NCBI GenBank assembly: GCA_965217585.1
Contig: OZ244561.1
Span: 3,872,001 to 3,936,000, forward strand
DNA: 64,000 nucleotides
Source: Candidatus Latescibacterota bacterium
GTDB lineage: Bacteria > Latescibacterota > UBA2968 > UBA8231
Direction: 5' to 3'
The translations under genes and the position numbers were made by a program. Below the pieces are notes generated by a model. That model saw nothing but the letters and a program-made list of their open reading frames with translations. It did not search any database and was not told the DNA's origin. Shown here one piece after another: positions 13,950 to 25,937 of the stretch; the first letter of the stretch is position 1, and every line of letters begins with the position of its first letter.

Positions 13950-14920
13950 ACTTCTGGCGCAAAACAGTGTCGCCGGTGGTGCCGCCAACCCCGCCAACCG
14001 TGCCAACCCCGGCCTCACTCCCGGTCCAGCACACCAACTCCTCGCGTTTATGGGTCCACTTGCTGCTGTTTTGCTGTACCATTGCTTCGACTACGACCGC
14101 TGGCGCCATGCAGCAAGGGGTTGACCCGCTGACCAGCATCGCGGCCTTGGTTCACCTCGTCGAGGGCATCCCTTTTGCCGCGACCTTGCTTTTTATTCTC
14201 ACGGTCCACGAATTTGGCCATTACTTTGCTGCGCGCCGCTGGGGAGTCAGGGCCTCGCTGCCTTACTTTCTCCCCCTGCCCTATGTTTCCTTCCTCGGCA
14301 CCTTGGGCGCGGTCATCAAAATTCGCTCCCCCATCCCCAACAAGCGCGCCCTCCTCGACATTGGTGCCGCCGGCCCCCTAGCGGGCTTTGTCGTCGCCCT
14401 CGCGGCCTGCTTCGCCGGGCTTTCGCGCTCGGCCGTGGTCTCAGCCGATTACTTTCACTCTTCCCCCATCGAATTGGGGGCACCCTTGCTTTTTTCTGGC
14501 ATCGCCGCTCTCGTCTTGCCCGCTATTGGGCCGGACCAAATGGTCCTCTTAGACCCAGTGGCTTTTGCCGGTTGGGTCGGGCTGTTTATTACGGCCTTCA
14601 ACCTCTTTCCGATCGGCCAACTCGATGGCGGCCATATCGCGTACGCGCTCTTTGGCCCCCGGCACCGGCAGATCGCCCGCACGACCTACGTCGCTTTGCT
14701 CGCCTTGGGGCTTTATGGGGTCCTATCGCTGCTGTGGGAATGGCCCCAAGGATGGCCGGGGTGGCTCGCGCTGGCCTTTTTTCTCGCGCTCTTTGGCAAG
14801 GATCACCCGGCCCCCTACGACCCTTTTATCACGCTGGACCGCGGCCGGTACTTCGTTGGCTACCTCTGCCTGCTGATCTTTGTCGTCTGTTTCGCTCCCG
14901 TGCCTTTTGTCACCCACTAA
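13946..14920 (+). CDS. Site-2 protease (M50) intramembrane metalloprotease
   Basis: HEFGH, GTLGAVI, IGAAGPLAG, NLFPIGQLDGGH. Confidence 0.95.
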   Translation: MNFWRKTVSPVVPPTPPTVPTPASLPVQHTNSSRLWVHLLLFCCTIASTTTAGAMQQGVDPLTSIAALVHLVEGIPFAATLLFILTVHEFGHYFAARRWGVRASLPYFLPLPYVSFLGTLGAVIKIRSPIPNKRALLDIGAAGPLAGFVVALAACFAGLSRSAVVSADYFHSSPIELGAPLLFSGIAALVLPAIGPDQMVLLDPVAFAGWVGLFITAFNLFPIGQLDGGHIAYALFGPRHRQIARTTYVALLALGLYGVLSLLWEWPQGWPGWLALAFFLALFGKDHPAPYDPFITLDRGRYFVGYLCLLIFVVCFAPVPFVTH

Positions 14921-14928
14921 GCCGCGCC

Positions 14929-15678
14929 ATGCTCTCGTCCCTATCATTTCTGCTCGCAGTGCTGTTGGCTGGCTGCGCCATAGGCGACAGCGAACAAGTG
15001 GATTGTCGCTGCGCGCCCGACACGAGTGTCCAGCTTTTTCCCCATTGCGCCGACGTGGTCGATGAGCGCCCCGATCCTAAAACCCCGCTATCAACCCAGA
15101 TCCCCGACTGCCCTAGTGGCCAACAGATCTTCCTGCGCGAGCGCACGCGCCCCGAAGCCGTGCTGGCCAATCTCGCTTCTATCTTTCAAGCCCAACCCGA
15201 ATCCCGCAGCCCTCAACAGTACATGGAGCAGTTTACCGACGACTTTGTCTTCGACCCCGACCCCGAAGATGTGCAGCTATATCCAACGATATACAACGCC
15301 GACCGCGATACGCTCTGGGGGGCAGCTGAGGAGCGCAACTTCGCCCGCATCATTCTCTCACCGGAGCGGATCCATAGCGCACGCTTTGTGCGCTGGTTCA
15401 AATCGTCCTTGGACGAGCGCATCCCGGCCGAGGACGAGTTGCGCGAGACCTTCATCTTCCCCTACGAAGCCGAGTTCGTCGAGATAAGCAGCGCAGCCGG
15501 GGCAGACTCCGTGGAAACGACGTTCAACACAATCGGCATTAAGGGCCTTGCGGAAATCGATTTGGTGACGCCAACGGTGGAAAATCCCGTGTGGTCGATC
15601 GCGGCTTGGCGCGACCGGCGCGACCGAGCTTCGGCGAAGTTCTCTTGGGGGGAGTTGCGGGCGCTCTTCTCGCAGTGA
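14929..15678 (+). CDS. Hypothetical lipoprotein (NTF2-like fold likely)
   Basis: Lipobox LLAGC after ATG 14929; PEAVLANL...Y...FTDDFVF...W motifs shared with the next gene. Confidence 0.7.
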   Translation: MLSSLSFLLAVLLAGCAIGDSEQVDCRCAPDTSVQLFPHCADVVDERPDPKTPLSTQIPDCPSGQQIFLRERTRPEAVLANLASIFQAQPESRSPQQYMEQFTDDFVFDPDPEDVQLYPTIYNADRDTLWGAAEERNFARIILSPERIHSARFVRWFKSSLDERIPAEDELRETFIFPYEAEFVEISSAAGADSVETTFNTIGIKGLAEIDLVTPTVENPVWSIAAWRDRRDRASAKFSWGELRALFSQ

Positions 15679-15760
15679 ACGCTCGGCGGATTCCTTTGAT
15701 AATCGCCCCTTTGATTTGTATCTTAACTAGCACAACCAACCCTGCAACAAAAGACGGAGT

Positions 15761-16435
15761 ATGACCGTGAAATCATTCGCCTTCTTGAGCTTTTGCGGCC
15801 TCCTCGCCTTGAGCGCCTGCGACAACCCCTTTAGGCCCAAGCAAATACCCCCCACGGAAAGAGTGCCGCCACTCCCGCCCGCCCCCGAGGCCACGACCCC
15901 CGTGCAACTCATGGACAATCTCGCCCGCGCCATGCGCACCCGCGACGAAGAGCTCTACGAGAGCTTGCTCGACGAAGACTTCTTGTTTACCGAATGGGAT
16001 TGCCTCGGCGAAGTGGTCTTCCACAACAATTTGGAAGAAGAGCTAGCGATCATGGCTGGCAGCCGCGATGGTTCGCAGGAGGGTATTTTCGACAGGTTCC
16101 GCCATAGTTTTACCTTCGACTTTACGATCAAGCGCCGCTATACAGAATTCGGCTCCGAACATCCGGAAGCCTTTCCTGGGGACCCCGACGGACATCCAGA
16201 CGAAGACTGGGAGGTCTTCTATGGGCAGGTCCAAATAGAGATGCTGGAATCGGCTGGCGAGGGCTTCCGCGTAGATCAGAACATGACCTACAAGCTCCGC
16301 CTCGACCCAAACGACAACCTGTGGAAAATTGTTCGCTGGGAGGACGATGCCTTGACAGGTGCCTGCGGCGGCGGCGGCAAGCGCTTGGCAAACGCCTTTA
16401 GCTGGGCGGCACTAAAGCAAAAAATCGCGCCCTGA
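15761..16435 (+). CDS. Hypothetical lipoprotein (NTF2-like fold likely)
   Basis: Lipobox LSAC; TPVQLMDNL...YESLLDEDFLF...WKIVRWED; GGAG SD. Confidence 0.75.
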   Translation: MTVKSFAFLSFCGLLALSACDNPFRPKQIPPTERVPPLPPAPEATTPVQLMDNLARAMRTRDEELYESLLDEDFLFTEWDCLGEVVFHNNLEEELAIMAGSRDGSQEGIFDRFRHSFTFDFTIKRRYTEFGSEHPEAFPGDPDGHPDEDWEVFYGQVQIEMLESAGEGFRVDQNMTYKLRLDPNDNLWKIVRWEDDALTGACGGGGKRLANAFSWAALKQKIAP

Positions 16436-16439
16436 GCCA

Positions 16440-18706
<2,267 letters not shown>

Positions 18707-18716
18707 AAGGACCGGC

Positions 18717-19286
18717 TCAGGCCGCTTGGTCGCAGGGCGCGCAGACTAAGGCGAACCGCCGCGTGCCGCCCACATCGAGTTCGGTCGCAAAATCCCTCTT
18801 GACCGGCACGGACTGCTCGCCGCAGAAATCGCACTTGCCGCGCTCTGCGTGTTGGGGAATCGCCCCTACCTCGAACTCGACCTGTTTGCGCTTTTCGCGC
18901 CCTTGGGAAAACAGCCGCGCAAAATTGAGTACTTGCTTGTCGGTCTCGCGCTCTAAGGTCCGCTCTATGATCTGGTCGAGCGCTGGGTCGTCGGGTTTAC
19001 CGCCGTCTTCGAGTGTGTGCCAAGCAGCGCGGCGCACCCGCGCATCTTGGTCTTCGAGCATCCGATAGAGCGCCTGCCAGACCTCGTCTATGCTCTGACG
19101 CACGTGGCAGGGGCACAAAAAGGACGCCGCCTGTAAGCGATCTTCTGGATCGACGCTACGCGACATTTGCAACAACTCCTGAATCTCTTCGCGCCCCACA
19201 CGCAGCTCGCCCGGACGGAAGGCCGCTCGCTGGTGCTTGTTCAGTCCCTTGGGCCTCGAATCGCTGTTGCGTCTTTTTCTGCTCAT
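18717..19286 (-). CDS. HEAT-repeat protein with CPCH motif and C-terminal CxxC..CxxC Zn finger
   Basis: DPEDRLQAA, LEDQDARVRRAAWHTL HEAT-like repeats; CDFC...CAPC; AGGAG SD and own promoter. Confidence 0.75.
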   Translation of the reverse strand: MSRKRRNSDSRPKGLNKHQRAAFRPGELRVGREEIQELLQMSRSVDPEDRLQAASFLCPCHVRQSIDEVWQALYRMLEDQDARVRRAAWHTLEDGGKPDDPALDQIIERTLERETDKQVLNFARLFSQGREKRKQVEFEVGAIPQHAERGKCDFCGEQSVPVKRDFATELDVGGTRRFALVCAPCDQAA

Positions 19287-19319
19287 GTCCAATTCTCCTA
19301 TCTCAAGCTTGTCATCATC

Positions 19320-19383
19320 ATCTTAATGGCGAGATTGCTGCAATGTCAAAGGGTTTGACAAAGGCGTTCCCGCCTCGTACTCT
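19320..19383. promoter_or_regulatory. Back-to-back divergent sigma70 promoters
   Basis: Palindrome TGTCAAA-GGG-TTTGACA (19344-19360) gives TTGACA on both strands; + strand -10 TACTCT at 17 bp, - strand -10 TAAGAT at 18 bp. Confidence 0.65.
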
Positions 19384-19467
19384 GAACGCTTTACCGCAGA
19401 GGCCGCGCATTTTAGGCGGCGCGTTGCCTACGCGAGTATTTCCTAGGTCTTACCCTACCGAAAGGAA

Positions 19468-19818
19468 TTGACCGTGTTCGATCTTATTTCCACGGCCTAC
19501 GCCTTGGGCGGCTCACCCGCCGACGGCGACCAGCCCAACCCCATCGCCTCGCTCCTGCCCTTCGCGCTGATGTTCTTGGTTCTCTACCTCTTGCTATTGA
19601 GGCCGCAGATGAAGAAGCAGAAGAACCAACAGCGGATGGTCGACGAACTCGAAAAAAACGATGAAATCGTCACCAGCGGCGGGATCCACGGCACCATCCT
19701 CAACATCAAAGACGATATCCTCGTGGTCAAAATCGCCGACAACGTCAAGATCGAGGTCTCGCGGGCGGCCGTTTCGCGAGTAAAAAACAAAGAAGACGCC
19801 GACGGCAAGGGGAAATAG
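19468..19818 (+). CDS. yajC: Preprotein translocase subunit YajC
   Basis: YLLLLRPQMKKQK, VTSGGIHGTI, KIEVSRAAV; AAGGA SD with TTG start. Confidence 0.96.
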   Translation: MTVFDLISTAYALGGSPADGDQPNPIASLLPFALMFLVLYLLLLRPQMKKQKNQQRMVDELEKNDEIVTSGGIHGTILNIKDDILVVKIADNVKIEVSRAAVSRVKNKEDADGKGK

Positions 19819-20741
19819 TGAGGCTCGCGTTTATGGGAACCCCTCGTTTTGCGGTTCCCTCCTTAAAAGCCCTCGCCCAGAGCCGCCACCAGATCATCGC
19901 CGTCGTCACCAATCCCGACCGACCCCAGGGGCGGGGCCGCCAGCTCGCGAGTCCGCCCGTCAAGGAACAAGCTCTAAAGCTCGGATTAGAAGTACTGCAA
20001 CCGGCCACAGTCAAAGACCCAGCGCTAGCCGCGGCCCTAACTGCTCGTGCGCCCGATCTCTTTGTCGTCGTCGCCTTTTCAATCTTGCCCCGGCACCTAC
20101 TGGCCATTCCCCACCTCGGCTCAATCAACCTGCATCCCTCGCTCTTGCCTGCGTATCGCGGCGCGGCCCCCATTATCTGGGCGGTGGCCAACGGCGAGAA
20201 GGAGACCGGCATCACTACCTTCCAACTAAGCCCGCGCATCGACGCGGGTCACATCCTACTCCAGCGCCGCTTTGCCATCGGCTGTGACGAGACGGCCGGC
20301 GAGCTGGAGGCCCGCTTGTGCGTGGAGGGTGCTAATATGGTCGTGGAGACCGTCGATGGGCTGGAAGACGGTCGTCTCACCGGACGGCCCCAAGGTACGG
20401 ACGGCGTCAGTCGGGCCCCCAAGCTGTCCAAAGAGGACGGCCAGATTGATTGGCACCAACCGGCCGAGCGGGTCCGCAACCTCGTCCGCGGCATGAATCC
20501 CGCGCCCGGTGCCTATACCCAATGGCAGGGCAAGATGCTCAAAATACACCGGACTCAGCACGCTGCGGGCGGCGGCGCACCCGGCACCGTACTCTGCGCC
20601 GACGACCGCCGAGGTTTAACCGTGGCCTGCGGCGAGGGTGCCCTGCAACTGACCCAAGTACAACCGGCGGGCAAAGCCGCCATGGAGGGAACGGCCTTTG
20701 TGCGGGGCTACCCGATTGCGGCTGGCATGCGGCAGGGCTAG
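19818..20741 (+). CDS. fmt: Methionyl-tRNA formyltransferase
   Basis: FMGTPRFA, VTNPDRPQGRG, INLHPSLLPAYRGAAPI, APKLSKEDG. Confidence 0.98.
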   Translation: MRLAFMGTPRFAVPSLKALAQSRHQIIAVVTNPDRPQGRGRQLASPPVKEQALKLGLEVLQPATVKDPALAAALTARAPDLFVVVAFSILPRHLLAIPHLGSINLHPSLLPAYRGAAPIIWAVANGEKETGITTFQLSPRIDAGHILLQRRFAIGCDETAGELEARLCVEGANMVVETVDGLEDGRLTGRPQGTDGVSRAPKLSKEDGQIDWHQPAERVRNLVRGMNPAPGAYTQWQGKMLKIHRTQHAAGGGAPGTVLCADDRRGLTVACGEGALQLTQVQPAGKAAMEGTAFVRGYPIAAGMRQG

Positions 20742-21189
20742 CCTGCTCCTCGCCCTGCTCGCGGGACGACCAGCCTGTGCCACAGAGGCAGAGACCGATT
20801 CGACTCGCACCGTGCGGTCCGGCCTCAGTATTGGGGCCGACACCCTGCCTTCGGCGCATGGTGCGCTCCTGCGGTCGGCCGTGCTGCCCGGCTGGGGCCA
20901 GTACTACAATGGCCGCCCCGTCAAGGGGCTGTTCTTCGGTGCTGCCAGCGCGACAGCCCTCACCGCGGTCGTGGTCGAGCATCGCCGCATCCGTTCCGCC
21001 CCCACACCCGAAGAACACCAAGATCGCACCGCCCGCCGCAACAGTCGCCTGCTCTATTTCGCACTCTCAGTCGCCTTGGCCGCCACCGACGCCTATGTCG
21101 ATGCCCACCTCGCGGACTTTGGGGCCGCGATGCAAGTGGAGATGCGACGCGGCAACGCGTGGCTTCGGCTGAAAGCGACTGTGCCTTAA
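20716..21189 (+). CDS. DUF5683-like membrane protein
   Basis: ALLRSAVLPGWGQYYN and DAYVDAHL motifs; start codon uncertain. Confidence 0.75.
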   Translation: MRLACGRASLLLALLAGRPACATEAETDSTRTVRSGLSIGADTLPSAHGALLRSAVLPGWGQYYNGRPVKGLFFGAASATALTAVVVEHRRIRSAPTPEEHQDRTARRNSRLLYFALSVALAATDAYVDAHLADFGAAMQVEMRRGNAWLRLKATVP

Positions 21190-21545
21190 ATACTTTGCTC
21201 AATTCGCTCGACGCGGCGTCTCAGCAGCTTGAGGCGGTCGCGGTCGAATGCAAATGGCATACACTGTCGCGATTGGTAGGGGGTTTGGATGCGGCGGCGG
21301 CGCTCCAAGAGAACGAGCTCGCGCTCGAGTTCGACGGAGAGTCGGTCGGAGAAAAACAACAAGAGCGGGTGGGCGTTGAGCAGGCTGCCGAGCCGCGAGG
21401 TGCGGCCGTGGGCCAGCATCTGCACCCGGAAGGCGAGCTGCCGCAGGCCGCGCAAGGCGACTAGCCGTCCCAAGATCACATAGGCCGCATAGGCTAGGCA
21501 GATTAGGAAGACCCCGCAGGCCCCATATATGAAGTAGTAGAACAT
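21186..21545 (-). CDS. Hypothetical membrane-anchored protein
   Basis: ATG start, N-terminal TM helix, convergent 4-nt overlap with the previous gene. Confidence 0.55.
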   Translation of the reverse strand: MFYYFIYGACGVFLICLAYAAYVILGRLVALRGLRQLAFRVQMLAHGRTSRLGSLLNAHPLLLFFSDRLSVELERELVLLERRRRIQTPYQSRQCMPFAFDRDRLKLLRRRVERIEQSI

Positions 21546-21723
21546 ATCGCCCCTGGCCTTGGCATCGCGCCTAAATATCTAATACGCGGCCCGATGGCTC
21601 AAGCCCATTTCCTAAGTTCTAACGGGGATAAAATGCTTGCTTAATTAGCCCCAAACAACCTACTTGAAGCGAGCGCCGCCCTTAGCGAGCTGTCAAACAA
21701 AGGCTTCCGATTTGAGGTGTCCC

Positions 21724-22275
21724 ATGAAAATTCGCCATTGTGCTTTACTCCTCCTCGCCGCGTTGTTCGCTTCCTGTGGCACCGATTCGACCAAAAGCCC
21801 CAGCGCGAATCCGCCGGCACTCTCAGCCCAACTCGACGGCCGCTACGCGCAAACCATTCGCATCGAGGAGGGCCAATTCACGGCTACCGGCCCCGGTCAA
21901 GAGGTGGTCCTCACTTTTGTGGCTCAAGGCATGGTAAACGTCAAGCAGTTTGAGTTGCGCCTAGCGATCGAGCCGGCCAATGCCTTGACCTTTGAAGGCT
22001 CTTCCTTCGCCGCGACCCAGCCCTTTCTCACCCCGCCCCTCAGCATTGAGCTGACGGAAGAGGGGCTGTGGCGCACCGGCGGCGCGAGCATTACCCAAAC
22101 CAAAAAGGGCGATGATATCCTAGGGACGCTCACGCTGAGGACCAGCGACGACTTCGACGCGGGAATGCAGGTGCAAGTGCGCGTGGCCTTCTTTTCCCTA
22201 GGACCCAGCTTCTCCGACCGCGACGATTACACGGCCGCCGACCTCAACATGGGCGTGATGATTAACGGCAGCTAA
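21724..22275 (+). CDS. Hypothetical lipoprotein (beta-sandwich/cohesin-like)
   Basis: Lipobox LFASC after ATG 21724; GAGG SD. Confidence 0.7.
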   Translation: MKIRHCALLLLAALFASCGTDSTKSPSANPPALSAQLDGRYAQTIRIEEGQFTATGPGQEVVLTFVAQGMVNVKQFELRLAIEPANALTFEGSSFAATQPFLTPPLSIELTEEGLWRTGGASITQTKKGDDILGTLTLRTSDDFDAGMQVQVRVAFFSLGPSFSDRDDYTAADLNMGVMINGS

Positions 22276-22285
22276 ACTCGGCTCC

Positions 22286-22315
22286 TTGACGATGTAGAGG
22301 GGGATTGCTTATCTT
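22286..22315 (+). promoter_or_regulatory. tRNA promoter
   Basis: TTGACG-18 bp-TATCTT just upstream of the tRNA. Confidence 0.55.
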
Positions 22316-22327
22316 TTTTACTCTTGT

Positions 22328-22403
22328 GGGGCTGTAGCTCAGTTGGGAGAGCGCCTGAATGGCATTCAGGAGGTCAGGGGTTCGATTCCCCTCAGCTCCA
22401 CCA
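22328..22403 (+). tRNA. tRNA-Ala (GGC)
   Basis: GGGGCTG acceptor stem with G3:U70, D-arm AGCTCAGTTGGGAGAGC, anticodon arm CCTGA-ATGGCAT-TCAGG, GGTTCGATTCC, encoded CCA; 76 nt. Confidence 0.99.
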
Positions 22404-22422
22404 TGATAAGCTATCAGGTAGT

Positions 22423-22459
22423 AAAGGGTTTACGACATGCCGTCGCAGACCCTTTTTTT
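22423..22459 (+). terminator. Intrinsic terminator after tRNA-Ala
   Basis: agggtttacgac-atgcc-gtcgcagaccct stem followed by a T-tract. Confidence 0.8.
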
Positions 22460-22538
22460 CGGATTTCTCGACCGCGAGCACGCCCTACCCCGGCTGTTTT
22501 CGCCGCACAAACTTCTCTAATAGCACGTTGAGAACGGA

Positions 22539-25500
22539 ATGGATTCAGCCCATTCACTCGACCACATCGTTCGCCTGACGTCCGAGACGGACCGTTTCAA
22601 AGAGGTCTCTGCCCGGCTTGCGGATGGGCAGAAACAAGTCCTGTTCCACGGGCTGCCTACGACCCTAGCTGCATTTCTCGCCAGTCACATCCGCACTGCC
22701 CTTGAACGCCCGGTGCTCATCGTCGCGGCCGACGAGGACCGCGCCGAGCAGTGGCGCGACGACCTCCAAGTCATCGCCGGCGAGCAGATGGTCTATTACT
22801 TCCCCGCTTGGGACGTTGGCATCTACGACCGGCAGTCCCCGGACCTCGAAATTACCAGCTTGCGCGTGGCCGCCGCCGCTCGGCTCATGCGCGGCGAACC
22901 GGCCATCGTCGTCGCCCCAGTCTCGGCCCTGCTCGATCCGCTGATCCCGCCCCATGCCCTCGAATTGGGCACGGAGGTCCTCAAGGTAGGGGAGGAACGC
23001 GACCTCGACGCGCTCTGCTCGCACTGGGTCGCCTGCGGCTTTGATCGCGTGGCGGCCATCGACGGCATTGGGCAGTTCAGCCTGCGCGGCGGCATCCTCG
23101 ACATATACCCTTTCGGCGTTGAGCATCCCTACCGCTGCGAGTTCTTCGGCGATGAAATCGAATCCATCCGCCACTTTGACGTCAGCACCCAGCGCTCGCT
23201 TAGCACCTGCGAAGAGGCTTGGGTGCTGCCGGCGCGCGAGGTGCTGCTCGATTCCCCCTTTTACGAAGATTACCTCCAGCGGATTGAGGCCGCTGGCACG
23301 GCAGAAGCCCTCGCCCCACTGAAAGATCAGCTAGAGCTAGGCGAGTCGCTCGACGGCATTGAGTGCTACACCTCCCTGCTCTACGGCCGCGACGACGGGC
23401 TTTTCGAGTATCTCAAAGAGCCGGTGCTCTTTTTGGAGGAGCGCGAGGACATCGCCGCGGCCCTCGACAAGGCCCTAGCAAAGCCACGCCAAGAGTACGA
23501 GCGGTCGCGGCAAAAAGAATCGCGGCTGCCCCCGTCGGCACTCCTGCGCGACGGGGATTGGCTCATAGCGCAGCTAGACGACCGCACCCGGCTCGAGCCA
23601 GCGCCCTTAGGCCAGCTTGATAACGCCGTCCGCTTCGAGGCCACAGAGCCGCGCGTCTTTGCCGGCGAGCGCACCCTCCTGCAGCAGGAAATCGACCGGC
23701 TCGCAACGGAGTCCTACGCCATCCACATCCGCTGCGAGACCAAGGGGCAGGCGAGCCGCTTACAAGAGATTTTCGCTGACTGCCCCGAGATCCATTTCGG
23801 GCTTGGCTCGCTGCACCGGGGCTTCAGCTTTCCGCAAGCCCAGCTAGCCCTGCTTAACGACCACGAGATCTTCAGCCGCCAGAAGCCCCGCTACCGCTAC
23901 CGCAGGTTCCGCTCAGCCAAGTCCATCGCCAACTACGGTGCCTTGCAGCGCGGCGATTTTGTCGTCCACATTGACCACGGCATTGGCCGCTACTCGGGCA
24001 TCCGCCGCCTGCGGATCGGCGGACGCGAGCACGATTTCCTCGTCGTGGTCTATCAGGACCAAGACCGCGTCTTTGTCCCCGTCGAACAACTCGACCGCCT
24101 ACGCAAATATTCCAGCGCCGATGGCGAGACACCCCTGCTCAGCAAGCTGGGCAGTGCCGCTTGGGAAAAGCTCAAGGAGCGCACGCGTGAAGAGATCTTC
24201 AAAATGGCCAGCGAACTGGTGCATCTCTACGCCGAGCGCAAGGCAAGGCCCGGCTTCGTGTTCTCAGCCGATGGCTCTCTGCACCGCGAGCTAGAGGCGG
24301 CCTTTCCCTTCCAAGAGACGCCCGACCAGTTGCGCACCATGGAAGAAGTCAAAAAGGACATGGAAACGCCGCACCCGATGGATCGCTTAGTCTGCGGCGA
24401 CGTCGGCTATGGCAAGACCGAGGTCGCCGTGCGCGCCGCCTTCAAGGCGGTCTGCGACCACAAGCAGGCCGCCGTGCTGGTGCCCACTACCATTCTCGCC
24501 GAGCAGCACTACCAGACCTTCTCGGAACGCATGGGGCACACCCCAGTGCGCGTCGAGGTGCTCAGCCGCTTCCGCTCCCCTAAGGAACAGCAGCAGATCC
24601 TTCAAGATGTCAAAAACGGCCAAGTCGATGTGATCATCGGCACCCATCGCATCCTCTCCCAGGACATCCGCTTCCGCGATTTAGGGCTCTTGGTCGTCGA
24701 TGAAGAGCAGCGCTTTGGGGTCCGCCACAAGGAGCGGCTCAAGCAGCTAAAGCGGCTCGTTGATGTGCTGACCCTGACGGCGACCCCGATCCCGCGTACC
24801 CTGCACATGTCGATGATGGGTGCTCGGGACATGTCGGTGATCAACACTCCGCCGCAGGATCGCCTGCCCATCCACACCGAGATCCTAGCTTTTGACGAGG
24901 CCCGCATCGCCGAGGCCATTCACCGCGAGGTCGAGCGCGGCGGTCAAGTTTACTTCGTCCACAACCGAGTACAGTCGATTCAGCGGCTCAAGGAATACCT
25001 GCAAGACCTCCTGCCGCAGGTGCACTTCGGCGTCGCCCATGGGCAGATGCCACCCAAGCAACTAGAGAAGGTCATGGTCGATTTCTTGGAACGAAAGTAC
25101 GACTGCTTAGTCTGCACCATGATCATTGAATCGGGTATCGACATCCCTTCGGTCAACACCATCATCGTCAACCGCGCCGACGCGCTGGGCCTGAGCCAGC
25201 TCTACCAGATCAGGGGCCGGGTCGGCCGCTCCAACGAGCGCGCCTACGCTTATCTGCTGGTACCCAAGGGCAAGAAACTGACCAAGAAGAGCCGCATGCG
25301 CCTGCGAGCCATTGAGGAATTCGCCGATTTAGGGTCTGGGTTCAACATCGCCATGCGCGATCTAGAGATTCGCGGTGCCGGCAACCTAGTGGGGGCGCAG
25401 CAACACGGATTTATCGCCGCCGTCGGCTTCGACCTCTACTGCCGCCTGTTGGACGAGGCCATGCGCGGAATCAAGGGCGAGTACTCGCCCGACAATCCCG

Positions 25501-25937
25501 AACCCGATATAAAAATTGCGGTCTCGGCTTATATTCCAGATGAGTACCTACACGACCCGGACCAAAAGATGGAGTTCTACCAGCGCTTAGCCGACGCTGG
25601 CCGCATTGTCGATCTTTTAGATATCCGCGAGGAGATGCAGGATCGCTTTGGGCGTCTGCCCCAGCCGGTGCGCTCGCTAATGCACATCATGGAAATCAAG
25701 ATCATGGCCCGCCAGCTCGGCCTCGAAAGCGTCCAGTTGGAGCAGCATCGCTTTCGCCTCGCCTTTCTGCCAGATAGGCCGATCTCACCGGCCGACATCC
25801 AGAAGATGGTGGAGCAGTGTTCTGCCCAGCTAGACTTCGACTTGGGTGAGCAGCTCAAGATCGAGGTCCAGGTGCCGGGACGCGACGAGATAGAGCGCTT
25901 GGAAAAGGCGCGCGACATCTTGGAGGAAATCCTCTGA
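22539..25937 (+). CDS. mfd: Transcription-repair coupling factor
   Basis: UvrB-like N-terminus (RGGILDIYP), RID (VVHIDHGIGRY), GDVGYGKTEVA, DEEQRFG, TATPIPRT, QIRGRVGR, TRCF C-terminal domain. Confidence 0.99.
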   Translation: MDSAHSLDHIVRLTSETDRFKEVSARLADGQKQVLFHGLPTTLAAFLASHIRTALERPVLIVAADEDRAEQWRDDLQVIAGEQMVYYFPAWDVGIYDRQSPDLEITSLRVAAAARLMRGEPAIVVAPVSALLDPLIPPHALELGTEVLKVGEERDLDALCSHWVACGFDRVAAIDGIGQFSLRGGILDIYPFGVEHPYRCEFFGDEIESIRHFDVSTQRSLSTCEEAWVLPAREVLLDSPFYEDYLQRIEAAGTAEALAPLKDQLELGESLDGIECYTSLLYGRDDGLFEYLKEPVLFLEEREDIAAALDKALAKPRQEYERSRQKESRLPPSALLRDGDWLIAQLDDRTRLEPAPLGQLDNAVRFEATEPRVFAGERTLLQQEIDRLATESYAIHIRCETKGQASRLQEIFADCPEIHFGLGSLHRGFSFPQAQLALLNDHEIFSRQKPRYRYRRFRSAKSIANYGALQRGDFVVHIDHGIGRYSGIRRLRIGGREHDFLVVVYQDQDRVFVPVEQLDRLRKYSSADGETPLLSKLGSAAWEKLKERTREEIFKMASELVHLYAERKARPGFVFSADGSLHRELEAAFPFQETPDQLRTMEEVKKDMETPHPMDRLVCGDVGYGKTEVAVRAAFKAVCDHKQAAVLVPTTILAEQHYQTFSERMGHTPVRVEVLSRFRSPKEQQQILQDVKNGQVDVIIGTHRILSQDIRFRDLGLLVVDEEQRFGVRHKERLKQLKRLVDVLTLTATPIPRTLHMSMMGARDMSVINTPPQDRLPIHTEILAFDEARIAEAIHREVERGGQVYFVHNRVQSIQRLKEYLQDLLPQVHFGVAHGQMPPKQLEKVMVDFLERKYDCLVCTMIIESGIDIPSVNTIIVNRADALGLSQLYQIRGRVGRSNERAYAYLLVPKGKKLTKKSRMRLRAIEEFADLGSGFNIAMRDLEIRGAGNLVGAQQHGFIAAVGFDLYCRLLDEAMRGIKGEYSPDNPEPDIKIAVSAYIPDEYLHDPDQKMEFYQRLADAGRIVDLLDIREEMQDRFGRLPQPVRSLMHIMEIKIMARQLGLESVQLEQHRFRLAFLPDRPISPADIQKMVEQCSAQLDFDLGEQLKIEVQVPGRDEIERLEKARDILEEIL

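Noticed and set aside
22328-22460. tRNA-Ala as a prophage/island integration site; ORFs 22324..22578 and 22343..22531
   Set aside because: No integrase or duplicated tRNA 3' end was seen and mfd follows directly; the ORFs merely overlap the tRNA
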